The translations under genes were made by a program, and so were the position numbers. Positions 26,562 to 38,500 of a stretch of 64,000 nt of DNA are shown piece after piece. This DNA is from Phoronis australis (Eukaryota > Animalia > Phoronida). A model generated the notes under the pieces. That model did no database searches and was not told where the DNA came from. It saw only the letters and a list, made by a program, of their open reading frames with translations. Each line of letters opens with the position of its first letter. Positions within the stretch are counted from its first letter, which is position 1. The stretch is taken from positions 1-64,000 of the forward strand of contig NMRA01000998.1 in NCBI GenBank assembly GCA_002633005.1, written 5' to 3'.

Positions 26562-29500
26562 ATGCCTGTTGTTGGCGTAAAAAGAGACCTATTGTACGAG
26601 GCTCTTGGAAGAAGTTACAGTAAGTTGGTTATGATGACGAGACTTCCAAATATGACGTGCCTTACCTTACAGCTTCCATACCTAGCCCTAGGCCCAGCCA
26701 GCTAACTCTATGAAGACTTTATCGTCAAAATACAGCTAGGTACCACTGTGTGTATTTCTTCCGTAGACCCCAAAATTGCACACAGCCAGGGTAGTTCTGC
26801 TCATCACCTCGCCGTGAAACTTATATCAACATGTAAAGCTAAAGACCGGACGGGGTGCATGCAAAATCTGGGAATCAACTGACACTCACCTTGCCCGTTA
26901 CAGCCGTTTAAGTGAAAAACAATGCAATAAATATCACTTTCTTGCGTAACTCTCCATCTTTTTTAACAATGAAAAGTATGTCTTCGTTTTGGAAACAGTA
27001 CACTCGTGTCACGCGCACGTGCCATTTCCTTAATTTTTGCGACAACTTAGCAGAAGCAAAATTTATTCTGAAATTCATTTTTTCGGTATCAAAATTCTAA
27101 AAACTTATAATGAAATGAAACTAGTTTCAGTAATTTGTTGTGACGTGTACACAAGCTCGTGAAAGAACTACGGTTGATTGAAGAATCAGCGAAAAAAGAA
27201 ACTGGACAATAGGTGATGCAATATTTCATGGCGCCGAAAGCCGTAGCTAAAGATCGCTCCACAACTTTAGCAGCAAAATAACAGTAGAATGCCATTTTTT
27301 CCAAAATCGTTAAATGATTTAGTTTACTCAAGGACCATTTGAAAAAGTATTGATTGCGGGAGTATTTGTTAAAGTTGGAAGTTTTTAAAGACTCTGGTAA
27401 AAGTCAAATAAGCAGACCAATCCCCCTTTAAAATGGCTGCTGAGAACCAGTTCATTGAATAATGCTAATGGCCATTATTCTGTGAAAACTGGTTCCTGTC
27501 AGCCATTTTGGAGACGGACTCAAGTATTCGATCTGTACCAAGACTTCAACTGCCTCCAAAGGTTCCACGTACTTTTGAAATGTACATTTATGAATGTAGT
27601 AGGGGTAAGCGTAATTTCCAGGAAATCTTCCGGCTTACAAGCTTGATTTAGGATATGCCATCTCCTATCACACTTGATGCATGATTTAAACCAGTCCAGA
27701 CTTGCATTGAAAGTATGGTCTTTCATTGGTTCAGGCTTCTTATTGCATCATTCACAATGTCACTCAGTAAGGAAGGGATGATGGATTCTCCTCAAAGGTA
27801 GCACACTTTAATGGATGTCCATCCCAATCAGTTCTGTATAGGGGTGGTTTTTCAGTAGATTTTACTCAGGCTAAACTATCAAAGTCGTTTTGTTGTTGAC
27901 TTCAAATCTAAAGGCTGTGGATGATTTTAAATCCTTCCATCTCTAACAAATACTCCAGGAATGGCAATTTCTTTCTGATAGATGAATTCATTCACTGACA
28001 AAAATGATGGTGGTCTTCCGTAAGTTTCAATGTATTTTGGGATCAAACGGAGGATTATGTGGAGGTTGCCTACCTGTCTACTAACCACACAGTTGGGGGA
28101 CATGTCTGTCAGCAGGATTGCTTGCCAGAGCAGACTGCATTAGCATGACTGAATTTTCTCTTTTACCCACAAATCTTTCTTAATCAAAAGACGAAAGAAG
28201 AGCTTCCATCATATTTCTTGTTGTCATTGTTACCCGCAGGGACAAATGGCTGAGGTGAAGGAGGGTTACATCACAGTTAATAAATGTGCTGGTAATTGTT
28301 CACATCATAAATCTTTTGAAACCATTTCAGCTGATGAAGAGTTTGATGAGCTGTGTTTTGAGTTTGGTCTGGAGCTGGATGAAATAGTAAGTATGAAGGA
28401 ATAAATAAGTATGAAGGAATAAATAGTAAGTATGAAGGAATAAATAAGTATGAAGGAATAAATAGTAAGTATGAAGGAATAAATTGTAAGTATGAAGGAA
28501 TAACTAGTTAGTATGAAGGAATAAATAGTAAGTATGAAGGAATAAATAGTAAGTATGAAGGAATAAATAGTAAGTATGAAGGAATAAATAGTAAGTATGA
28601 AGGAATAAATATTAAGTATGAAGGAATAAATAGTAAGTATGAAGGAATAAATAAGTATGAAGGAATAAATAAGTATGAAGGAATGAACGGTAAGCGTGAA
28701 GGAATGACTTGTAAGTGTAAAGGAATAAAAATTCTCTTTCAAGTCTCAAATCCAAACTTTTTGTGTTCATATGTGTTTGTTTGTTTTTAATAAAATTAAG
28801 GAATTTAATTTCAAGTCTGAACCTAGGTATGATACAAAATTTTGGTATAAAAACTTAAGTGCTGATAAAGTTAAGTCTGACAGTGTTTTCTTAAGTTATC
28901 TTAGACATGTTACCAAATTTTGCTAAATCACTCATTCTTGTTTTCCTTTTCATAAAATTTTACATTCTCATTTGCAGACATCTGAAGCATCCATGATAAC
29001 AAAGGAAAAAGGATCAGAAAAAGCAGGACAAGCCGACGAAGCAATCATTTTCAAGATTGAAATTCCCGCCAACAGATATGACTTATTGTGCCTAGAGGGT
29101 GTTGTGAGAGGCTTACAAGTTTTTAAAGAAAAGTAAGACCTGTCTGGACTCTGAGATCCCGTCTCCAGACTCTAAATCAGACACACGATTTACCCAATCA
29201 CAACCGTATTCACCTGTCATCCCAGTCACAACCGTATTCACTTGTGATATCCAAGTATTGCCTAAATACAATATTTAGTTTGCTTGGCACAAAATCTGGG
29301 TCTGTTTCTTGAAAAATTACTTTATACTTTAAATAGAAATTTGGTCTTGTGGTGCTTCGCATAACTGTTTCTGAGAAATGCTTAAATCTCACTTGAGTAA
29401 AAGTTCAAAGTCTCTTAGAATATACACAAACCTGCTTGTTACTGAAGTAATTTCTAGAAAAAAACAGTATTCAGCAACTGTGAAGTGAGACCAAAGTTTA

Positions 29501-32500
29501 GTCTTAACTCTTAATTCACTTTCATGAAACGGACTCCTGTAATTTGGTAGAAAAAAAGTTTGAGTCCGAGTTCAAGCCTAAGACTGTGTTTAGATTTCTC
29601 ATACCCAGATATAGCTAGGGAAATCGACTTCATCTTGTTTTTGTACTGTAGATCTGCATAGTAGTAGTAATGCTAGATCTCCATATGGTTAATCGTTTTT
29701 CAACAAACAGTAACTAAAAGTCAGTTGTGAAGTTGTGTTTGAATTTTTCAGAGTATCAATGGATGGTTTTACTAAAAATGTTGAGGCCGTGGTAGCCAAC
29801 ATTTTTTACAAAAACAAGACATTGTCGCCTTGAAAGTTAGACTCAACTAAACTTTTATGGTTATGAATACATACTTTTTTAAAAGGACCACATTACTTCC
29901 AAATCATGGTCTGTACTTTCTTTGAACTCCCTTGAATGTAAACTTGACAACGAGCCTGTTTTTCATCAAACCTAACCTGAAACCTGCTGTTGTGTTGTAA
30001 GCATTGAGCTTTTCTTGGTTAACGCGATGTTAAAAATGAAGTATTCCTATCTGTCGCAGCAAAGTTGCTTATTACATTAAGTAACTTGCAGGAAGTCATC
30101 ACGTCATTGCTCAGTTTGATGTCAAAGGATTTTAGTGGCTGAACAATGCTTGTTGTTCCCTGAAAACACGTGAGGCAAATGCGGACACTTGGCAAACTCT
30201 GATCATCTGGCGTTTCTTGCTGTGTGTCACCTTCATCGTCAGAACTCGTTTATAACAAAATTGAGATGTAAAGCGGCATAATAATATTTTGTTCGTGTTT
30301 TTTTTAGGATTACAAATATGCTGTGTGAGCATTTAGGTTGTAAATATAAATATGACATACTAGTTTGATATCAACATGGGAAAAGTGTTATGTACAACAT
30401 TTTTATTGAAATACATTTTGTTGTTTGTTCAGGTTACAACCTCCACGATACAGAAGAGTGTCTCCTGAAGGTGGTCACATGCAACAGCTTGTCATTACTC
30501 CGTCGGTAGGTGGAATCATGAACATGGCAATTATCAATAAAATACACACTTTTATTATTAATGAAATGTTTACAATGGGAATGTCACCTTGCTGGGGTCG
30601 GCCGTGAGATTCCTCCGTCTTGGTTCTATTCCATGCCACTATAGGTAGTTAGATTTGGTCAGAAAGGTCTAGATACTCACCAGTTCAACTTTTGTTTTAG
30701 AAGACACGTGGTTAGTATGCTAACGTGTATGGTTCACAGGTCCTCTGACATCAGCTTCAGATTTGTTCAATTTTGCCAGTTTGACCAAAAATATTTGCAC
30801 AGCGGAATAGGTCACTGTCATTTTGTTCGTCTCCAATTTGGAGTAGTTGCGAGGGGTGTAACATAATTATCCGACCCTCTGTTGAATGGAATGACAATAA
30901 CTGTTATGCTATAAAAATGTTGTCATAGCTTCTTGTGCAATTAAGATAAGTATTTTGATTAAATTTAATAGAAAGTCGCAGTATTTTTGATACTCATTCA
31001 GTTAATGCTCAAGGTACTTCAACAGGGTGGGTGTTGAGCCGAGCATGAAGCTCAGGGGTGCACATTTACCGAAATGTTTGATTTAATAAGTAAAGTCGTC
31101 AGGTTCTCCCAAGAGTATAATAAAACTAAAGGGTGTTTTTGTGCCTAAAAAAGGCAAAGTGATATTGAAATTTTGAAGGTTTGTGTATTAAAGGTAAGTT
31201 AGTTTCATACCTTTTGGGGGACTAAATTAGAATGAGGCAGAGGTTTACACGGGTGCTTTCAAGAAAGTCTTAATAATATAAATTGGAGGGTGGGCATTAA
31301 GCGAAGCATGGACGTTAAAAACTGAAAATTTGCAAATTTTGTGAGCGAGCTTTGAAGGCCAGTATGGGCATTAACCTGGAAGTGTATTTGTATCATTGTT
31401 AGAAGAGTACGATATTACACCATTGTTAAAAGAGTACGATATTACACCATTGTTAAAAGAGTACGATATTACACCATTGTTGGAAGAGTACGATATTACA
31501 CCATTGTTAGAAGAGTATGATATTACACCATTGTTGGAAGAGTACGTAGTTTTGAATGTATGTTTCATCCTTGTGTACTTATAGACATCTCAGGTTCGAC
31601 CCCACGCCGTGGCTGCAGTTCTGCGTAACATTACTTTCACTGAGGACCGATACAACAGTTTCATAGATCTGCAGGATAAATTACATCACAACATTGGCCG
31701 GTGAGTTGAGTCACCTCTCATTGTTACATTTGACATATGCTTAGTCACGGTGTAGTTGCATTAATTTATTGTATTATGCTTATAGTGAATTTATTGTATT
31801 ATGCTCATAGTGAATTTATTGTATTATGCTCATGGTGAATTTATTGTATTATGCTCATAGTGATTAGTCACGGTGTAGTTGCTTTAATTTATTGTATTAT
31901 GCTCATAGTGAATTTATTGTATTATGCTCATAGTGATTATTAGTCTCTGACTGCAGAAATGCACAGAAATGTGAGGTTATAATCTCAGTAGACAGTCTTA
32001 AACATCATTTGGTCATTATGTATTCATCAGCTCGACTATTGTATGTTGCTGTAGCATTACCCCTGATAAATGCTGACTTGTGAAAAAAAATTGACCCATC
32101 GCCAGGATTTTGAGTAGCGGCTTAACTGATCAATCAGAACGCAGCATTCTTGACACACTTGCATTTCCAAGCTGCCATTTTACCCAACAAACAACACGTT
32201 GCCGGGTAAAACTTATTGTTTGTTTGTCGCAAAAGGGCAGAGCTTGCAATAGGTCAATTGTGGGTGCATACTGTTGTCTGCCATAGTGCATGCTTGTGTG
32301 CTGAAACCACGTGAAGGATTTTGTAGTAACAACTACTGAGGGCCCCCATGGAAAGCAGTGTGAACTGATGGGACCACCCTCATTGTAAATATTACATTAA
32401 TAAGTAAAATAATAAATGATCAATTAAAAGAAAAATTATGAATTAGTGTTAAGCTATGAAAAAATGCATCGATGAGAGTTGCAACTTCAAAATCAATTTT

Positions 32501-35500
32501 TTCGTAACAGGAAACGTTCACTCGTTGCTATTGGGACACATGACCTTGACACAATCCAAGGTCCATTCAGATATGAGGCCAGGCAGCCCAGTGACATCAA
32601 GTTCAGACCTTTGAACCAGACAAAAGAGTTCACTGCTGTGGAGCTCATGGACCTATACTCTGTAAGTGTCGTCTTCTTCACCCCTTAAGTAATTTTATTC
32701 CTCCCAGAATTCCCCCGAGTACTACCATGAGATACGGACATGCGCAAAGCGAACCATTCCACGGACTTATCTTCTGGAGGAAGACGTGTTTTTCCTTTGG
32801 AAGGTTTTTTCGCGCAAGTTATACCGCGACCACGCTCAATTGCATAACTCTTTGCTACTGAGCATTTTCTTCTTATCCTATATAATCATCTTGGAAGTTT
32901 TTGGACGACCGAGCTCACCGACTCTGTGTGACTCGGCGGGCCACACCTTGCCCGGTTTTACCGGCGCAGAGCATTACGACTCTCTATTGGCCTCATCGTA
33001 TTTTCAGGCCTACCTGCTTTGGGGTTTCCGTGACCCGACACGGACCATGTGGAGTGTTTGATAGTTGTCCTATCCTCGTACGCTTAACCTCACCGACTCT
33101 GTGTGACTCGGCGGGCCACACCTTGCCCGGTTTTACCGGCGTTGAGCATTACGACTCTCTATTGGCCTCATCGTNNNNNNNNNNNNNNNNNNNNNNNNNN
33201 NNNNNNNNNNNNNNNNNNNNNNNNNNNNNNNNNNNNNNNNGAAGAGTACGATATTACACCATTGTTGGAAGAGTACGATATTACACCATTGTTGGAAGAG
33301 TACGATATTACACCATTGTTAGAAGAGTACGATATTACACCATTGTTGGAAGAGTACGTAGTTTTGAATGTATGTGTCATCCTTGTGTACTTATAGACAT
33401 CTCAGGTTCGACCTCACGCTGTGGCTGCAGTTCTGCGTAACATTACTTTCACTGAGGACCGATACAACAGTTTCATAGATCTGCAGGATAAATTACATCA
33501 CAACATTGGCCGGTGAGTTGAGTCACTTCTCATTGTTACTTTTGACATACGCTTAGTCACGGTGGAGTTGCTTTAATTTATTGTATTATGCTCATAGTGA
33601 ATTTATTGTATTATGCTCATAGTGATTAGTCTCAGCAGAAATGCACAGAAATGTGAGGTTATAATCTCAGTAGACAGTCTTAAACATCATTTGGTCGTTA
33701 TGTATTCATCAGCTCGACTGTTGTATGTTGCTGTAGCATTACCCCTGATAAATGCTGACTTTTGCAAAAAATTGACCCATCGCCAAGATTTTGAGTGACG
33801 GCTTAAGTGACCAATCAGACTGCAGCATTCTTGACACGCCTCTGTTTCCAAGCTGCCATTTTACCCAACAAACAACACGTTGCCGGGTAAAATTTATTGT
33901 TTGTTTGTCGCAAAGGGGCGGAACTTGCAATAGGTCAATTGTGGGTGCATACTGTTGTCTGCCATAGTGTATGCTTGTGTGCTGAAACCGCATGAAGGAT
34001 TTTGTAGTAACAACTACTGAGGGCCCTCATGGAAATCAGTGTGAACTGATGGGACCACCCTCATTGTAAATATTACATTAATAAGTAAAATAATAAATGA
34101 TAAATAAAAAGAAAAATTATAAATTAATGTGAAGCTATGAAAAATGCATCGATGACAGTTGCAACTTCGAAATCAATTTTTTCATAACAGGAAACGTTCA
34201 CTCGTTGCTATTGGGACACATGACCTTGACACAATCCAAGGTCCATTCAGATATGAGGCCAGGCAGCCCAGTGACATCAAGTTCAGACCTTTGAACCAGA
34301 CAAAAGAGTTCACTGCTGTGGAGCTCATGGACCTATACTCTGTAAGTGTCCGTCTTCTTCACCCCTTAAGTAAATATTGTGAAATCACTGAGAGACTAAA
34401 GTTGACAGATGGTAGCAGACGTTTCGTCCTGGTCCGTCAGTCCATGACTGGAGTATGCTTCACCCCTTCTTAGACCCTTGATGAAGTTTCTTCTCAGCTT
34501 TCATCAAAGCTCTCCTCCTTCAGTATAATTGATCCAGGTTCCCATCCAGTCTCCATGAACAGGAAAAAGTTTTTGCTAATTAAAATTACAGACTTCTCAC
34601 TCTGTGTTGTTGCCTGTCTTAAAAATGTGCCTAATGAGTGTTTTAAGAAATTGTCTACTTAATCTGCAGCTGTAAATTATGTCAAAAACGAAATCACACC
34701 AAGAGATTACAGTAAATCATTTCAAAAATAAGCCAAAAGCCTTTGTCCTGAAATATTACTTATTTTCAAAAGAGGATGCCTGTACTGTGTTATTATCTCA
34801 ACGAAAGTATTTTTCTGTTTCAGCTATTGACTGTATATTTTTTTATTTTACAGGGTGATAGCCATTTGAAGGCCTACCTGCCAATCATCCGAGATAAACC
34901 TGTGTATCCCGTCATTTACGATAAGAATGGCACAGTGCTGTCCATGCCACCCATAATTAATGGTACAGTGACTTTGAACTTTTGAACTTTAGTAATTCAG
35001 GTATCAGATGCACTTTCTTTTTAAGCTTCACTCACTGTCTTTGAATTAACGTAAGCTGTTATGGTATGCAGAACTAGCAACAGAAATCTAGGGGAAAGGT
35101 TGCTGCTGTGAACTGGTTCCTTTTGAGGTGGGATGTCGAGGTTTTCTGTCTTCTTCTTTATGGAGGTTCCTGAAGGTGGCTAGTGTGAACCATTCCATGA
35201 AGGTGGTCAGAGTGTTTGGACAGAAGACTGTAGAGGGAGCACATGCATTATGCGGAAGTACATGTCCGATAGTTATTAAAATGGAGTTAGGACTTGATGG
35301 CCAACTGCAACGCAACTACATCAACCAGCTGTTGCGGGCCCACCATGTGGTGAGATCTGGAGCTTAATGGGCCGAAATCTTGAGGAAGCACGGGGCTCAG
35401 CTGATGATTGCAGTTTGCCGTGGAGCACAACCATTTCTCCTTGTGTATTTAATTCTCTGACATTGATATGTTTTTGTTGGATGTAGTGGCCCCTACACAC

Positions 35501-38500
35501 AATGCATCCTCCACCAGGGATAATCAGTGGAGTGGCACCTACACACAATGCATCCTCCACCAGGGATAATCAGTGGAGTGGCCCCTACACACAATGCATC
35601 CTCCACCAGGGATAATCAGTGGAGTGGCCCCTACACACAATGCATCCTCCACCAGGGATAATCAGTGGAGTGGCCCCTACCCACAATGCATCCTCTACCA
35701 GGGATAATCAGTGCAGAGCTCAAGACAAGTAGTGTGCAGGGGCCTTAATTGGTGCTACATTGTCAGTGTCTCTTGCTGCTGGCAATTTCTAGCCTATTTC
35801 TGCCAATGTTTGTGTCCAGTTGACAGCATATCGCAAGGTAAGGGCTTGCACATACTGTCAATATGGCCGTAGATTATATGTTGTTATGTGACCTGTCATC
35901 TGATCATAAGAACCTGGTGTCAGTTACATATCAGGAGCAGTATTGTGATTGGATGAGTTGTATGTTATGGCTATTTAATGATTGTGTGCATAACCCTGGG
36001 TCGGCCGTATCATGTGTAAGGGCTTTAAGGTTGGAAACGAATGCGTGCAATGTAGTCCATGGTCTGTTTCAGGGGACCACTCCAAGATCAGTATCAACAC
36101 AAAGAATGTTTTTATCGAGTGCACAGCAACCGATCTTCATAAAGCAAAGATTGTCCTTGATACGATCGTTATCATGTTTAGTCAGTACTGTGCACATCCT
36201 TTCACGTAAGTACACCAGTAGCATTAGGTACATGACAGATGTTTGTTGAACTCTTGAGTTAAAGGGAAAATTGGTTTTGATGCTGACAAAGACTTCTTGG
36301 GATTATTGTTGGCTTGTTCAATTGATTAACACTGTGTAGTCCTTGGGTTGTTGGATGGGATAGGCTTGTTGAAGTGATTAACACTGTGTAGTACTTGGGT
36401 TGAAGGATGGGATAGGCTTGTTGAAGTGATTAACACTGTGTAGTCTTTGGGTTGAAGGGTGTGAACACAGTAATTTGGGGTCCCGTTCCTGTAGTTCCAG
36501 GTACCTCGCAAATGGTGCTGTTTCAATAAAAACTAAAAGCAATTGAATGTTGGCTTTACATTATGCCAAAAGTACTTGTGGTTGCTATGCCAATATTTGA
36601 CAGTGATTACAATTACACTGTAACAGGTCTGGCAGCTGGTCTATTCATGAGAAATATGTCGAGTTATTTCTTGAGAAATGCTATGGATAACTGTAATGGT
36701 GTGTGGCGTGATGCATTATGTAGTCTTTATTCAGGGTAGAAAGTGTTGAGGTCATCCAAGCTGATGGAACAAAGGTTGTTTATCCTGTGAGTATTATAAT
36801 GTTGACTTTCGTATCCAAACACTGAAGCTTGACTATATGCTATTCAAATTGGTAATGATGCGCAGCAAGTCTGCAGTCTGCAAGGCTAGGATCTTGGGAT
36901 ATCATCAGGGGATGGATTGGTGGTGTTTGAAGGGGTAATGTCCCCTCTTTCCAACAAATTGCTATCAGAAGGCACAGGCAGCTTTTCCTTAGATGAGCAA
37001 AAGCCTTGGCACTCAGAAAGCCAACATAAAAAATTAATGTCACTTGAGCTTCGAACCCTGTTCATTGTAGTCTCGCCCAGATTAGAATTGCACCTCTTAC
37101 CACCATACCTTGAAGTACTCCTAGCTTAGTTAATCTTAAACTAAAACAGGCGACGTGTGTGTTCAAGGTCTATTGTGACTGATGTGCCAATTTCCTGTCA
37201 AGATTTTTAAGGAATGCCAGAAGTTACATGTGCTTCTTTGTGACTCGTATCACTCTATGTAGGAGCTGCCTTACAGACAAGTTGAAGTCAGTGTCAGTGA
37301 AATAAACAAGAAAGTTGGGATTGAGTGAGTATCTTGCGTATGATTGCTGAGTTAGTTGTATGACTTTTCAGCACACTATGGATTTTTTAAATTTCTCAGC
37401 AAAACTAAAGATAAGAATTAAAATTCTACTTCAGTCTGATCGTAGTTCATACTTGATACAGTTGGTAGCTAACAACTACTGAACAAATTGAAAATTTGGT
37501 AATAGCTTTTGCGTGAAATTACTAAAGCATTACCAGGAATTTATGCGAACAATTCTTCCATGGTCTACTTTCCAAGCCACCATTATGTATTTGTCCTCAT
37601 TCCTGATCGATCATGCTGGTCCATTTTGCACTAATAGGCTGTGCCTGCTTATGCTTGAGATACTTGGAATAAAAAATATGATGTGGGACTCACTGATCAG
37701 AAATTCTTTATACAATAAAGGTCATGTGATTCTAGATGCTATTCAGAAAGTTGACATTTCTCAATTGAAAAGGAAGTGTGGAAGCTGCTCAGAAGAATAC
37801 ATTAAACTCTCACTAGACTACTCTCACTAGACTGCTCTCACTAGACTGCTCTCACTAGACTGCTCTCACTAGACTGCTCTCACTAGACTGCTCTCACTAG
37901 ACTGCTCTCACTAGACTNNNNNNNNNNNNNNNNNNNNNNNNNNNNNNNNNNNNNNNNNNNNNNNNNNNNNNNNNNNNNNNNNNNNNNNNNNNNNNNNNNN
38001 NNNNNNNNNNNNNNNNNNNNNNNNNNNNNNNNNNNNNNNNNNNNNNNNNNNNNNNNNNNNNNNNNNNGCCCTCACAAGACTGCCCTCTCTAGACTGCCCT
38101 CACTAGACTGCCCTCACTAGACTGCCCTCACTAGACTGCCCTCACTAGACTGCACTACTTTGGAATTCTTAAAGTGGCTATAATTATTGATTTTGCCCAT
38201 TAAGTGAACTTTTTATACAGACCATGTACCACCATAAAATTGGTCTCGACTTGTTCCTGCACAGATGAGAGGTGATTTCTGGAATTGCAAAGAACTGACA
38301 GTTAGCTATTCCTTGAGACATTGTTGGGTGCATAAAATGATGTAAACCGTAACAAGCCAACTTGTAAAACCTGGTCTTGAGCAATAACGAACTAACTGCT
38401 TTACAAATTTGTATTAATAAAGTTAACTGTTATGTTATCACACTGCAGCTTTCATTGGCTAAAAGGAATTTTAGAAACTGTGCACTGCAGGGTAAAAATG

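Noticed and set aside
27520-27726. FNASLDWF resembles the pogo/Tigger FxASxGWF motif
   Set aside because: No other transposase motif nearby; too short to support.
28305-28742. 145-aa hydrophobic ORF (YSFILTI repeats)
   Set aside because: It is the antisense reading of the donor-site minisatellite and FARSB exon 2.
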